Positions 1 to 13,689 of a stretch of DNA of 64,000 bases are shown piece after piece (within the stretch, counting starts at the first letter, position 1; every line of letters begins with the position of its first letter). Origin of the DNA: Octopus vulgaris (lineage: Eukaryota); the NCBI GenBank assembly GCA_951406725.2, contig OX597822.1, positions 36,704,001 to 36,768,000 on the forward strand, written 5' to 3'. The translations under genes were made by a program, and so were the position numbers. A model generated the notes under the pieces. The model ran no database searches. It was not told where the DNA came from and saw only the letters and a program-made list of their open reading frames with translations.

Positions 1-409
1 ATAGTGTTTACTCAAAATAGCCCACGAAGGTATGGGGGTAAAAACATTAAAAAATCACAAGTGCAAAGATTATTTGAGAACGTACGTTTCTAGATCAGCC
101 AAATACAATTCGACATTTCTTTCGTCAGCTCAAAATTCCTTAATTCGGATTTGTAAACACTGAAAGTAGGAGCATACCCTTTTGGCGACTTTTCACCTCC
201 GAAGATCCGTTCAGACTAACAGTGCCAACAAATTCAAAATATGCAAGCGAAGAATTTCTGCTCTCCCCTTTCCACCCACGTGGGCTAACCTAGCAAACAC
301 CATAATTTTATCGGTGAAAACCGAAGCATTAAACAGAGAGAAATGAATTATAATTTCAACAATTGAGGGTAAAATTAATTAATTATTAATCAATTTGACC
401 AAGTATTCA

Positions 410-512
<103 letters not shown>

Positions 513-540
513 GTGTGTGTGAATGTGCGTGTGTGTGTGA

Positions 541-690
541 AGGTGCGTGGCTTAGTGGTTAGGTCATTCTGCTCACAATCGTAAGGTCGTGAGTTCAATT
601 CCCGGTGACGCGTTGTGTCCATGGGCAGGACACTTTATTTCACGTTTCTCCAGTCCACTCAGCTGGCAAAAATGACTCGTATCTGTATTT
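541..690 (+). mobile_element. tRNA-derived SINE, head type A1, 3'-truncated
   Basis: Pol III A box TGGCTTAGTGG (548-558) and B box GAGTTCAATTCCC (591-603), followed by the body CACTTTATTTCACGTT..CCAGTCCACTCAGCTGG shared with the 9757, 16890, 31244 and 50230 copies. Confidence 0.85.
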
Positions 691-3507
691 AAGCCTTTTT
701 GGGTTTTTTTTTTTTACTAGCCAAACAGAATAGATAACAATTTTTCACCGTTGACACTTGTGCTGTTTAAATCAATCAGAAATTTTAGCGTATCAGAGGG
801 TACCGTGTTTTTGGCTTCTTAGGAGATTGCACAATGCTCCTCTAAACTTCCAATGACGTCTATGGCTCACTTCACTCTCTTCCTCTTTTGTTCGGTTAGC
901 TTCTCGTCTTAGACTTGACAGAATAACTTCTACAAGTTTTAAAACACATACGTTGTCTATTTTTCTCTTTACGACTGGGTGTTACGAGATTGCAAACATT
1001 TCATTCTATAACGCAAATAATTTTATTGATACAAACATTTTCTATATACATTATCCAGTTGATTTCGTGAAAGATCATGATATATTAAGTTCATTATTCA
1101 CACAACTTTTTTTTACAGCATAAATTATCTAATTGTTTTATATATGTAAATTCTTACAAATACGTTTATGTAAGCTTTGCTTTGGCTGATGCAGTATATT
1201 CAAAATCATCATATTCTACTTCAATTTTGTCTTGATTCCAACCTGTATTTATTGACCACACGCTTTGCACTTATTATCACATTAGTCTACCAACAAAATC
1301 CGAAGAGGCCTATTTTTTGTTGGCATACAGAAATGAAAAAAATTACTCGTCAATCTGTTGCTGATAATTGTTGGTATGATGAGTTTGTTATTGAAAATGA
1401 TGGGGTTCGATTCTCGTGGTCGACTTTGTCCACGTTTTTCTGCCAAATGGCTTTTACTTGATATTTTATGAGCTATGATTTATAGCTATATTTACATTTG
1501 AGCAACATCGTAAAAAAGACTTATTTCAAATTTATCAATGCTTAAAAAATAGGGCCAAAACATACACATGCACATGTGTGGCCGATATACACAAAACTAT
1601 CGGATTTCCAGCATAAAACTATGAAAACTTGAAAATTAATGATTTTAACTACCGTGCGTAAATATATTGTAAAAATATATTTTTTGTGTTATATATTTTA
1701 TTTCGGAAAAATACTCAGCTCCACAAATTTATCCAGTGTATAAGTTTATCAGTTATTCTGTAGCAGTGGAAGGTGGATTTGTGAAACTAGCAAACTGTTC
1801 AATATACGGTTTCGATTATCGCTTTAGAATTATTTTATTTTCATCATTAAATACTTTGGAAAATGAATGAATATTCCAGTTGGATGCTTCACACTAATAA
1901 AACGGAGGCTTAACACCTCTATAAGGCATTACAATAGTTCATATATCCTTGATTACAGATTATCTTGGAATATATGTAACAACCATATTGATACTAATTA
2001 TACCCTTTCTCAGAATAAATCCATTTATCTGAACATAAAATATAAAATTACTAAATAAGCTGTCAATGGTATTTGGAAAAATCTCTTCGTATATGCTAGA
2101 TTGGTTCCAGTTTAAATTATTTCATACCACCCACTGTTTTACGTTGACAGATTGCTCTTCCTCATATACTGAATCATAAAACAAAATGCAGTCTAAACAC
2201 ATAATCGTTTCCGCCAACAACCGTAATGCCTACAATGGTATGTGGCTTTGAAATGGCCTGACCTCAAAGGCATGCAACTTGTGACATATAACATTTGTTA
2301 ACTTATTTCCAAATAAGCTTTTCGTCTCAAAGAGAATTTTTACTGTACGAGCTGTTCATTCATTTTCAAACCAATGACGAGAAAATGGCATTGATTTATT
2401 CATGAAGGCCAAATTTGTTCTAATTCTCAACATATTCGTGAAAAACTAATGTAGCAAATGAAGTTTTTGAAATTCTTTAGTTCTGGTGCTTTTTCTTGAT
2501 GATGAAAAATATGAACTTAGACTCAATAAATAAAACTGCCTCAACCGACACTTCGTCTTTAAAAGTTTTAACTAGAAAAAGCAAATCCTAACGTTTAAGT
2601 TTCATTTTTTCCCTAAACCTATAAGTACTCGTATGTTTGTCTTTGTATAGATGTAGTTTAGGTATACGAAAGACAGACAGGTAGTTAAAATGGTCTGGTG
2701 TAGGATTATGTTTGTTTAGGCTTTCTATTTGAGGTCAACAACTGTCTCTGTCTCCCAACACACATTCCTTTATTAAATCAGACAACTCTTCATTACCATC
2801 ACAGAATCTGCCTGGAACTTTGTTATTGCTCAAAGTTTTTACTCAAAGTTTTTGCCTGCCGATACAGAAAGCAAAAACCAGCAGAATTCAAAGATATTCT
2901 CCTCCTCATTTGACTAATTATTTTATAAACAAATAGAATAATAACCACTGTAACGTAACATATATCCCCCTCTCATGTGTGTGTGTATTTCAACGAAAAG
3001 GATTCATTCGGAATCCAGGTACATCAACATGTAGAACGCTACTGATTGGCTAGAAGAATCATATACAGCTGACAGTGAAATAGTAATCCATCATCGTGGA
3101 TACCAATTATACAAAATTGGATACTTCTGTTGGTTAATTCTCGACTCCAGTTATTTACCAAAGACCCGATGACTAAGGGAACTCCTAGTGTGGCTCATGT
3201 TTAATAAAACAGACGAATGCAGTTTAAATTTGCGGCAATTGTCTCGCTAGAAATCTATATTTAATGCAGTCATAATGAAATACATCGTACATTACGTAGA
3301 CTTCCCGGCTCATCCGGCGAATGCAAACATAGTCAATCTCCTATCACTGGCCTGTATATACCAGTCGAAGGTTGACTATGTTTAAGTTTGCCTGATGAGT
3401 TGGGAAATCTACGTAATGTATATTGTATTTTATTATGACTATATTAATTAAAGATTTCTCACAAAACAATTGTCACAAATTTAAACTGCATTCGTCTGTT
3501 ATGCACA

Positions 3508-3565
3508 ACACACACACACACACACACATATATGTATATATATATACATGTATATATATATATAT

Positions 3566-3625
<60 letters not shown>

Positions 3626-3670
3626 ATATGTATGCATGTATGTATGTATGTATTTATACACACACACACA
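3508..3670. repeat. compound (CA)n/(TA)n/(TATG)n microsatellite
   Basis: Direct reading. Confidence 0.95.
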
Positions 3671-4017
3671 TAAACTAAATGTCTTCACAACTCCACAGGT
3701 TTCTTGGGAAGACCATGCTTAGCTTCAGTTTTTATGGTACGAAGCAATCTATGACGGCATTGCCAAAAGTTTGGCACCAAATACCAATATCTAGATAAAC
3801 TGGGTCGACTTGAAATGGAGATTTGAACCTATGAACACTTTGTCCAATACATAATCCCACCAACGATCACGCATCTGTATCGCTATTTGGAAGTTCGTGT
3901 TTTGGGAAAAACAAATTTGGTTTGATTAACTATAGAAAATGGATGCCCTGACTAGATGTATGACGAGCCATTGGTTATTGATTCAACAATGAAGCTATAC
4001 TGCAAAGCTACCTGTGT

Positions 4018-4315
4018 GGAGGCACATGGTCTAGTGGTTAGAGCAGTGGACTCGTGGTCGAGGGATCGCAGGTTCGAATCTCAGACCGGGCGATGTGTGT
4101 GTTTATGAGCGAAACACCTAGGCTCCAACGCGGCTCCGGCAGAAGGTAATGGCGAACTTCTACTGACTCTTTCACCACAACTTTCTCTCACTCTTTCCTC
4201 CTGCATCTTGCAGCTCACCTGCGACGGACCGGCGTCCCGTCCAGGTGGGGAACCTATACACCAAGGAAACTGGGAAACCGACCCTTATGAGCCAGGCGAG
4301 GCTCGAGAAGGAACG
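4018..4315 (+). mobile_element. full-length tRNA-derived SINE (head type A2) with 14-bp target-site duplication
   Basis: A box TGGTCTAGTGG and B box GGTTCGAATC. Exact flanking direct repeat AAAGCTACCTGTGT at 4004-4017 and 4316-4329. Confidence 0.92.
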
Positions 4316-4544
4316 AAAGCTACCTGTGTATCCAGCCGAAAATTATATCACTTTCAAGCGCTATGTAGAAAAAGGTGAAACAGTAGATAGCATCCATCGA
4401 CAAATAGTAGGTACAAATTCACACAGTAGAATAAATTATATCCAGGCATAAAATATATTCCCTAATGTGAACTTTTGAGAGCAAAAAATGGATTTACTTC
4501 TATAACCTCTAATTCTGTTTGATGCTGTAAAAATAATGAATTTA

Positions 4545-4906
4545 AGCCACTGCCGTCTGACTGGCACTCGTGCCAGTGGCACGTAAAACAGCACCGTACG
4601 AGCATGGGACCTCATGGAGGCAGTGATAGGTGTACTAGACCTTTGGCGATATACCGTGCTGTGTAGACCTGTCAAACCAAGTGAGACCGTAGTCGTGGTT
4701 GAAGTCGGTGTCAGGTCAATGGCACTTGTGACGGTGGAACGTAAAAAGCACCCAATACACTCTTGGAGTGGTTGGTGTTAGGAAGGACATCCAGCTGTAG
4801 AAACCTTGCCTTATCAGTTTAAAACCTGGTACAGTTCCCCAGCTTTCAGTCAAACCGCCCAACCCATGCCAGTATGGAAAACGGATTTAAATGATGATGA
4901 TGATGA
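4545..4906 (+). mobile_element. 3' part of a SINE/retroposon with RTE-like tail ending in (GAT)n
   Basis: Two internal GGCACGTAAAA(C)AGCACC-like repeats, then GTTAGGAAGGACATCCAGCTGTAGAAACC..AACCCATGCCAGTATGGAAAA and a (TGA)n tail. Confidence 0.65.
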
Positions 4907-4930
4907 AGCTAATAATACTGCATATATGTT

Positions 4931-5067
4931 GGTTTCAAATTTTGGTACAAGACAAGCAAGTTTGGAGCAGGGAGTAAGTCGATTACATCGACCCGAGTGT
5001 TTAACTGGTACTTATTTTATCGATCCCGAAAGAATGAAAGGCAAAGTCGACCTCGGCGGTATTTGAA
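4931..5067 (-). mobile_element. SINE family C fragment
   Basis: Reverse complement of TTCAAAT.CCGCCGAGGTCGACTTTGCCTTTCAT..GATAAAATAAGTACCAGTT..GTCGATGTAATCGACTTAC, shared with more than 10 copies in the window. Confidence 0.85.
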
Positions 5068-5743
5068 TTTTCTATATCACAAATTTTAGAGATTGTAATT
5101 CTTATATCGATAAATGTTAAATTTTTTGTGTACCTGGAGTTCAAAGAGGATAAATATTTTGTTGACTAATATTTATTTTATTCTTTCGTACTAAAACACC
5201 AAAGTCCATATGGGTATTAATATGAATCTGAAACAAATTTCGGCATAGTAAAAAGTAATTTTTTTAAATATTTAAATTTATTCTAAGGAATTTAGAGCAT
5301 ACTAACGGGAACTAAATGCTTATTCTAAAAAGTAAGTGCCCATTAGATGTACATTCTTCCCCAAGATTTAAAAATAACATGTTTAAAAAATTTTTTTTTT
5401 ATTACTTTATATCAAAATATAATTCTTTATTTTGGCATAATTACTTATTCGAAATTACAAAAAAAAAACAAAAAAAAATATTAAAAAACATTCAGAAATA
5501 TTCTAAAATTAAATAAGTTTATAGAATTGGCCTTTAAAAATTCATCATGGCCAAATTTATTATATGTATAAAATCATGTGTCACATAGCTAGCTAGAGGC
5601 TATGGCCCTTTGGAGGTAATAAACGGCAGCATTCGTCCTATATTTCTGGACTGCCATATTAACTTGGCGATAACTATTAATATCCAGTACCGCTGCCGTA
5701 GCCTCCTTTAGAAAGACTTAGAAATAATAATATTTCTAATATT

Positions 5744-6050
5744 TCTTGTGTCTTGGGAGAATCATTACGCCAATAATAATAACACGAGCTAGTCCAATTC
5801 CACTTCTCTATTGTCAGTCAATTGATTAGATATCGAACCAACTAACTAATCGATCATTTATTTAATGTGTTGGTTAAACAATCAATCGGTTGTTTGTAAG
5901 TCAAAGCTCTTTCGTCGCCGCTCGCAACCTTTCTAGTGGCTTAGTGATTTCTATCTCTCCAAGGTCTAATCTGAGATGACTCTTCCAAGACACAACAAGA
6001 TTTATTTCAGCAAGAATCTTGCAAACCAAATACAAAAACGAAAAAAGAAA
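5744..6050. repeat. fold-back (inverted repeat) element related to 60110-60420
   Basis: TCTTGTGTCTTGGGAGAATCAT (5744-5765) is near reverse complement of ATGACTCTTCCAAGACACAACAAGA (5976-6000). The following AAGAATCTTGCAAACCAAATACAAAAACGAAA matches the reverse complement of about 60118-60148. Confidence 0.7.
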
Positions 6051-6872
6051 CAACATTTTTTTCAAAAGTGTTTAAAACTGATTATTTGCATTTGAATATC
6101 AATGGTACAGGCAAACTTCAAAATACTTTTATAGAATTTGCTTTTGGTTTATGATTACTCGTTATTTAATGAATAGCTCTTTGCTGTTATTATTCTGTCG
6201 CTCTCCTCCTGATTATCATATCGGGATGTGGCAAAGACAGTCAAGATGTGGCAAGGGAGACGTCAGGCGCTATTGCAGTTTTTCAAATTTTCACAAGATT
6301 ATTTTTGGAAAAATGTTGTTCTGATGTAGTTTTTTCATGCTTATGACGAAAATTGCATTTTCAGAAAATGATAATAAAGAAGCTACAAGCATTTAAAGTA
6401 TGCAATTTTAACAATCAAAAACAAGATAAGACAACAAGAACGAAACCTTTACATGATCTCTCTACCTGCTAGGAATAGGAGCCAGATTTTCTTTAAACTA
6501 CGCCATAACGTCTAAAAATCAGAAAAGAGAACAGAGTTGGGGCTGTTAGATTTTTATTCATATTTAAAGCACCAATGCATCGTAATATAGTCATAAATTC
6601 ACAGCGACACTAAATATGATAATTATATGTAATCATGAACAAATATTTGTTTTAATACACACAATGTGTTTATGATTTTAGTACAGAGCTAACGTTTGTG
6701 TTCGATCTGCAAGAAATAGCACTCATATCTCTCCCGAATCACATATTATCGCCTTAAAGTATGAAGTGCACATTTTACAATGCAGATCATTATATATAAA
6801 GATGTGTTGTGGTCGAAATCATAGGTCTGCTAAATCAGGAATGACTGGTGCTACTACATAACACCTTCAACT

Positions 6873-6890
6873 CTACTACTACTACTACTG

Positions 6891-6942
<52 letters not shown>
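6873..6942. repeat. (CTA)n microsatellite
   Basis: Direct reading. Confidence 0.95.
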
Positions 6943-7029
6943 AAGAACTGCAAGTAGCACTATCACCAGCTGATATTTTCGGCTGTTGTCTCAGATAAGG
7001 ACATTTTAAAATCAAGTCAAAACTTACAA

Positions 7030-8680
7030 ATTTGGTTTATTGATCTCTTTACAAAAATACCCATTTTTATGGAAGTTATGAAGAAACAAAGTCGAGGAAG
7101 ACACTAAATCCGAATTGGAGATTCATTTATTCCCAGAAAAATTTAGGAAATTGTGATAGAAGTTCAAAGTTTGATCATTTTTAGTCCAATCAGAAAAGAG
7201 AAATCGGAAGCCGCACATTTCCTGTATGATAGCTGATTGTCATAAAATGACGGCGAGAAATAATAGAGGCACAAAGTGATATCGCTCGTTAAATTGCGGT
7301 GGTGGTTGCCGGTAGTGAGTGTGTCTCAGTAGCGAAAGGCAGCGTCCTTGTTACAATGAAAACAGGGCAGACTACAACTTTATATGGAAGCAAGATATCA
7401 ATGTGAGAGTTACAGTCATGTGCATAATGGTGGATTTCGATTGACTAAACTTACCCAAAATTTGCAAAATTTCAAAGCTGTTAACTTTTTATTTATTAAT
7501 GTATGACAAAAGTGAATTTCATTCTCATAATAATCATACAAAACTAAATCAGTATAACCAAATTTGAAAATAATTGAATCAAATTTTTTTAAATACGAAA
7601 GCAATCGAAAAGATCCCCACCTGCATTCACCATCACTACCAATAGGTGGTATACTCACACAAGCGTCTTCCTCGACTTTGTTTCCTCATAACGTCTATAG
7701 AAATGAGTTATTTTTTAATGAAATTTTCTATAAATACCTTTCAGAGTGTCTAAATTACGACTATATCGGAATTTGGTAGGAAAAACAATTGGTGGGCTCG
7801 TACAGATACATACTGACACACATCACATGCAGCTACAAAATGAAACTTGAAATTTCTAAAAAAAAACAAACAATGTGATGCATGTCAATATATGAGTTTA
7901 TGAGTCCACTAATGTTCTTTTTCATATTGTAGCATTGATCATGGCAAAATTTTTTTTTTACAAGGCTTCATGAAAATACATACAGAGCCAGTCTTATATC
8001 ACCATCGTGTTTCACAGACGCTGGAGGTCTTCAACAGATAATTGATGATTAAGCTGATCTTTCACTTCGCTGCAAAAATATGACTGCGTTGATTCTTCAT
8101 CCATCTCCGAGTTGAGTATGGCGATATGAAAACAGCTATTAGGAGAATCACGCTGGTCTGAGTATGAAGCTGTAAAAACGGCTTTGAGTGAGGAATTCAA
8201 CTGGGATTGTAACGAACGGGGTCTCAGTTCCCTCGGGCTTTTCGCGCTAAAACTTTCAGTTTATAAGGTTTTAGTTGAAAGAAAATACTAAAACTTATCA
8301 CGCGAACAATTAGTTCTGATTCGCTGAAATGGGATTTGCACGGACGATAAACTCATAATTTACATGCGATCGGAAATGGAGTTGAAGTCAACTATCATAA
8401 TAATAAATAAGGATATAATCGTAATCTATACGTAAGGTATTTGTAGAAAATTTCATTAAAAAACACCCATTTCATTAAAAAATACCCATTTTCCTTAAAG
8501 ATGTGAGGAAACAAATTCCGAAACTACTCATCTCACCGTCGGAAATTTGTTCACTCCACAAATCTTGATATAATTAAGATCTACACCATCTGAAACATTT
8601 TTGTAGAAAATTTCATTAAAAAATATCTATTTTTTCTGGAAGTTATGACGAAACAAAATCAAAGGATAGGGGGCACAATA
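7030..8680. mobile_element. probable DNA-transposon remnant with repeated subterminal motif
   Basis: The motif AAAAATACCCATTTTT..GGAAGTTATGA.GAAACAAA recurs at about 7053, 8477 and 8617. No clear ORF. Confidence 0.35.
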
Positions 8681-9212
8681 GTTAATCATTACTTCTAACT
8701 TTCTATTGAGAACATTAATAATACTAACATCTATCGTTACAACCATCAGCATTATCATCATCGACATTGTCAAACCGTGCTACCACAACTACTATCACTT
8801 ATACAACCACCACCACCACCACCACTGGTATAATAATTAACGTCAGTTATAGCACAGTCACCTTCAGTAATACTATTCATATCATTGTAGTTTAAAACAA
8901 TGCAGAATCATGAACATGCTCTTCAACCATTAGCTTCAGCACTAATTTTATTACATCCACCACCACCACCACCACCACCACCATCATCACCTCCAGCAAC
9001 ACCACCACCACCACCACCACCACTACCACTACTACCAGTATCACCATTACATTTGGAATAGGAAAAATCCCTATATGAAACCGTTATTAATCGACGTTAG
9101 TAAACGTACACTTATCAACACGTCAGATTTCTCAGGAAATGTTAAACTTAAATCGCCGAATTAAATGTTTAATCTTCTCTTTCCACCCTCTCTTTCTTTC
9201 TGCCTTCCTCAG

Positions 9213-9430
<218 letters not shown>

Positions 9431-9756
9431 GCACATAAATATCCCGTCCCTCATTCTAGTTATATATTGCTGCAGCTTAATGTTTCTGTTATCCGGTTGC
9501 TGTCAAAAGTGTAAGACAAAGACAAAAATTAGCATTTTGTTTTCCTCGATGGAGACGGCTAATCTAGTTCCACATCTTCGTTAACTGCACATCAAGTTGA
9601 CTCTAAAGCTGCTGGAGTGAGAACTCCATTAAAATGCTACAAAGCAGAATTCAAATCTTGTTACTGAAACACTTTTCAGTTCGTCACTGTATATCTGGCG
9701 TTGTTGGTTAACATGCAGTTTAGGGGTGTAAAAAAGGGTAAGTAAATTTACCTAAA

Positions 9757-9935
9757 TTGTGGAGGCGCATGGCTTAGTGGTTAGGGAGTTGGACAAGATT
9801 ACGCATTCAATTCCTGGACCGGACTAAGGTTATGTCCTTGATCCTTGACCAAAACACTACATTTCACGTTGCTCCAGTCCACTCAACTGGTTAAATTGAG
9901 TAACCCTGACACAGATTGGTTTCCCGTCCAGGGAG
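9757..9935 (+). mobile_element. tRNA-derived SINE, head type A1, degenerate
   Basis: GGAGGCGCATGGCTTAGTGGTTAGGG..CATTTCACGTTGCTCCAGTCCACTCA; followed by (TA)n at 9939-10027. Confidence 0.8.
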
Positions 9936-10027
<92 letters not shown>

Positions 10028-10029
<2 letters not shown>

Positions 10030-10385
10030 CTAGCGTTCATAATAATTTTTCTATCGTCTTGGCTCAACAACCCTCACCGTTTGTTTTTACTGTCTTGTTC
10101 TCACTGCCCTGTTCTTGTTACCACTTTCACCCTCCTCAAAATATCCCAAATTTTATTTAATTTGCTTTACGGGAAGGATTGTTTCAATGAAGTTGCGTCT
10201 TGCCCTTACCTTCGAACGCGGAGTAGATGAAACAGGGACAACTGATGAAGGAGAATATTCTTTATATTGCATGTCTCGTTTCTCTGTTTGTTTTTATCGT
10301 TGTTCGAAAAAAATGTTCGTTTTCTATGTTTTCGTTTCTCATTGTGTTCAACGTTTTTTTATGTCCTGTACCCATATATGCATGT
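10028..10385. mobile_element. ~350-bp interspersed repeat embedded between (TA)n and (CATA)n tracts
   Basis: Pyrimidine-rich unit bounded by microsatellites, containing ACTGATGAAGG. Same context as the 30470 and 62873 units. Confidence 0.4.
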
Positions 10386-10456
10386 AGCTATACATATATA
10401 TGTAGGTATGTACATATATGTATATATGCATATATTTATATATTATTTACATTATA

Positions 10457-10710
<254 letters not shown>

Positions 10711-11269
10711 TGCCAGAGAAACCGGTAAACCGACCTTATGCTTCTTACTGAGTGATGTGGACTAGCCTAAAATTGACCGAAAACTGAAAGTAAATTATCT
10801 TTAAAAAATGCGAGTAAATTGCGATAGGAACCGGAAGTGACGACATTCTCTCACCCACATGTACATTAGTTTGATTATACTGAGTAACACGATTTTTATC
10901 CTTGGGTATCAACTACTATTTCCTATTTGCTAACCCCTAGAAAACATGAAAAATGGCTAATATTTCTTTCAAACTTTACCTTTATTACATTTATTCGAAC
11001 CCCAAAGAATCCTTCTTAACACATGGTTATGATACTCCCCCACTACTCCTGCTGATGATTAGAGACACACATATTGTCAGCCACTAAGGGGCAAGCTCAA
11101 GTGGTTAAGGTTAAACAACTAACATGCAGTTCAGTGGTATTGAGCAGAATATTTGCTACAACGATATTTCTGCTTCAGCAACTCAGCGCTGAATCTGTCT
11201 GAAATGTAAGAGAAAATAAGTCAGTTTCAAAATATTAGGAATCCTGATGAAGACCAAAGCTTTATCGAT

Positions 11270-12102
11270 CAGTGGCTGGCATACTCTCGTCTCAAAAAAC
11301 AGAAACTGTGGGGTATATCATTGCTGCTCACGATCAATCTCTTCCAACTAGAAATTACTAGCGTAGTGTTCTGAAACAACTCATCCTGCCGCATATCGCA
11401 TAATCTCTGAATGCAGCCGACTAACATTCAGAGTACAACAGAGCACTTGCAAAGACATGACGGGGTAGCTCAGTACATACACTGGTCAAAATGTCGTACA
11501 TGGAACCTCTCTTATAAAGAGAACACAAACTAACACAAGTTGTGCATAATGTTGAGGTTAGCATCCTTTGGGATATCAGTGTTCATACTGATCGGGAAAT
11601 GCAAGCTAACCAACCAAGAGCCGGATTAAGACCATCGAGGCCCTAAGCACTTAAAAGATCATGGTACCCTTATAAAAGATTATGCAGTTCAAAATATAAA
11701 CAATAACAAACCATGATATACATTTATATTTTTCAAAACGAAATAAAATTGGAAAAGGAAAAATAATGTTTATTTTTTGTATATTTCCACTTTATGTACA
11801 TTTGAAAAATTTCCTACTTTTTTGAATTGCAAAGTCTTTGATCAGACCCCCAAAATTAATCTTAAGTAACACATCTGCATCTATACTTGATAGAGATAAA
11901 GGGATCCCGAATATTATTTTAGCAAGTTTAAAATGATTTCTTTTGTGCCGTAAACCATTTACCATTTCTGTGGTGCCCTACTTTCCCTTAGTGTCCTATG
12001 CATGTGCTTACTTTGCTTAAGGGTTAATTCAACGCTGAACCAACCAGATATCATTGAGAAAAATCATGTTGAAAATACATGTCTTTTGATTGATGTTGCA
12101 GC
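11270..12102 (+). pseudogene. R4/Dong-type RLE-LINE ORF C-terminal remnant, split by a hAT insertion
   Basis: Manual translation gives ET.GYIIAAHDQSLPTRNY, EHLQRHDGVAQYIHW and ILWDISVHTDREMQANQP, and after the insertion NQPDIIEKNHVENTCLLIDVA (RHD and PD..D motifs of the restriction-like endonuclease). Confidence 0.8.
11616..12037 (-). mobile_element. internally deleted hAT DNA transposon (Tip100/ZMYM-like) with 8-bp TSD
   Basis: TSD AACCAACC at 11608-11615 and 12038-12045; imperfect TIRs AAGAGCCGGATTAA / TTAATTCAACGCTG. Minus strand 11792-11900 reads LSLSSIDADVLLKINFGGLIKDFAIQKSRKFF, resembling the hAT C-terminal dimerisation tail. Confidence 0.82.
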
Positions 12103-12200
12103 TCAAACATAATGAACAACAGCTAATAAAAGGTGCTTGATCACAGAATAAAAGTTATATTTGTTTATAGTGTCGATGCAATGGATTGCAGCAAGACAAA

Positions 12201-12404
12201 TTACTCTTTTTACTCTTTTACTTGTTTCAGTCATTTGACTGCGGCCATGCTGGAGCACCGCCTTTAGTCGAGCAAATCGACCCCGGGACTTATTCTTTGT
12301 AAGCCCAGTACTTATTCTATCAGTCTCTTTTGCCGAACCGCTAAGTAACGGGGACGTAAACACACCAGCATCGGTTGTCAAGCAATGCTAGGGGGACAAA
12401 CACA

Positions 12405-12480
<76 letters not shown>

Positions 12481-12652
12481 CATATATACGACGGGCTTCT
12501 TTCAGTTTCCGTCTACCAAATCCACTCACAAGGCATTGGTCGGCCCGGGGCTATAGCAGAAGACACTTGCCCAAGATGCCACGCAGTGGGACTGAACCCG
12601 GAACCATGTGGTTGTTTAGCAAGCTACTTACCACACAGCCACTCCTGCGCCT
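12201..12652 (-). mobile_element. SINE family B (tRNA head, internal (TG)n/(TA)n, (AAGAGTAA)n tail)
   Basis: On the minus strand: A box TGGCTGTGTGG, B box GGTTCAGTCCC and an AAGAGTAA-repeat tail. Near-identical to the 29080, 33659 and 35441 copies. Confidence 0.92.
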
Positions 12653-12689
12653 GTGTGAAAAATGTCTGTGAAAAAAAATTTTTTCTGCT

Positions 12690-12843
12690 ATTGGCATAAG
12701 GCAAAGAATTTTGGTAGAGGAAGCTAGTCGATTACTTTAACGACCTCGAAAACATAAAAGACAAAGTCGACCTCGGTGGAAATTTGAACTCAGAACATGA
12801 AGCAGGAAGAAATGCCGCCAACCATTTTGTCTGGCGTATTAAC
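12690..12843 (-). mobile_element. SINE family C, degenerate
   Basis: ACAAAGTCGACCTCGGTGGAAATTTGAACTCAGAAC core. Confidence 0.75.
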
Positions 12844-13689
12844 ATATATGTAAGCACGTTCGTTTCACTGTGTGTGCGCGCGTGTGTATCTGCGTGTGTG
12901 GGGTGGTGGCGTTAATTTGAGAGTTCGAAACGTAGAATCCCTGAACAATTAATTCCGGTTCTGCTGAATAAATGGCAAAAAGCTGTTTCCTCAATAGAAA
13001 AAACAGGCCCCGGCAAGTTGTTCGTCGAACACTGAGCGCGCCAAATAGAAACAAATAACCAATGAAAACATAATCATACAATTTTATCAATAATCTGCTG
13101 CATCTGACTATTAGGCATGTAATAAGAGACGTTTCGATCAGCGATAAAATGGAGTTCTGTGATAAAGCGTCAAAAGATTGATAATAGCTGCTGAAAGAGA
13201 CAGTCGGTCATGTATCTGAAAGTATGCAAGTGACAATAATCTAATTGATCTAACAGGAACAAGTATCTGAATGAATGTGTAGTGAATCTTGCATGCGTGA
13301 AGTGGATTCTATCCACCATAGCAAAATTTAAATTAACACTGCTACAGAACTTTTCCCACGATGGAACAATGGCTTTTCTCTGACAGCAGTATTTGCATTT
13401 TCCAGATGCCTTTAGCTAGGCCGAAATAATGTCTTCACCACTTGACCCTTTCTAACCTCTTCTACTTCACCAAAAGCTAGAATAGAGATAACAAGACCAC
13501 CAACTAAATCTATTGTTCTCAATGATATATCTATCCTTCTGGATCTTTATATAAGCAAGCACACCCCAAGCAAAAATCAGTTCTTCACCAGTTGGTGACG
13601 ACTCAACGAGTTCAGTCACATCGGGACGACTCAATTAGTTAGGGAACGGACTGCTAGAATCATGATCACAAGGAATGCAGCTACTAAAG

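Noticed and set aside
541-615. tRNA gene-like sequences (also at 4018, 17130 and 47906)
   Set aside because: A and B boxes are present but continue into multi-copy SINE bodies, some with TSDs; no complete cloverleaf could be supported.
6205-6270. CTGATTA..GAGACGTCAGG hammerhead-like pattern (also CTGATGAG at ~3392)
   Set aside because: Core positions are mutated and helices I and II are not convincing.
11244-11260. CTGATGA hammerhead core
   Set aside because: No matching GAAA or helices, and it lies at the edge of a decayed LINE ORF.
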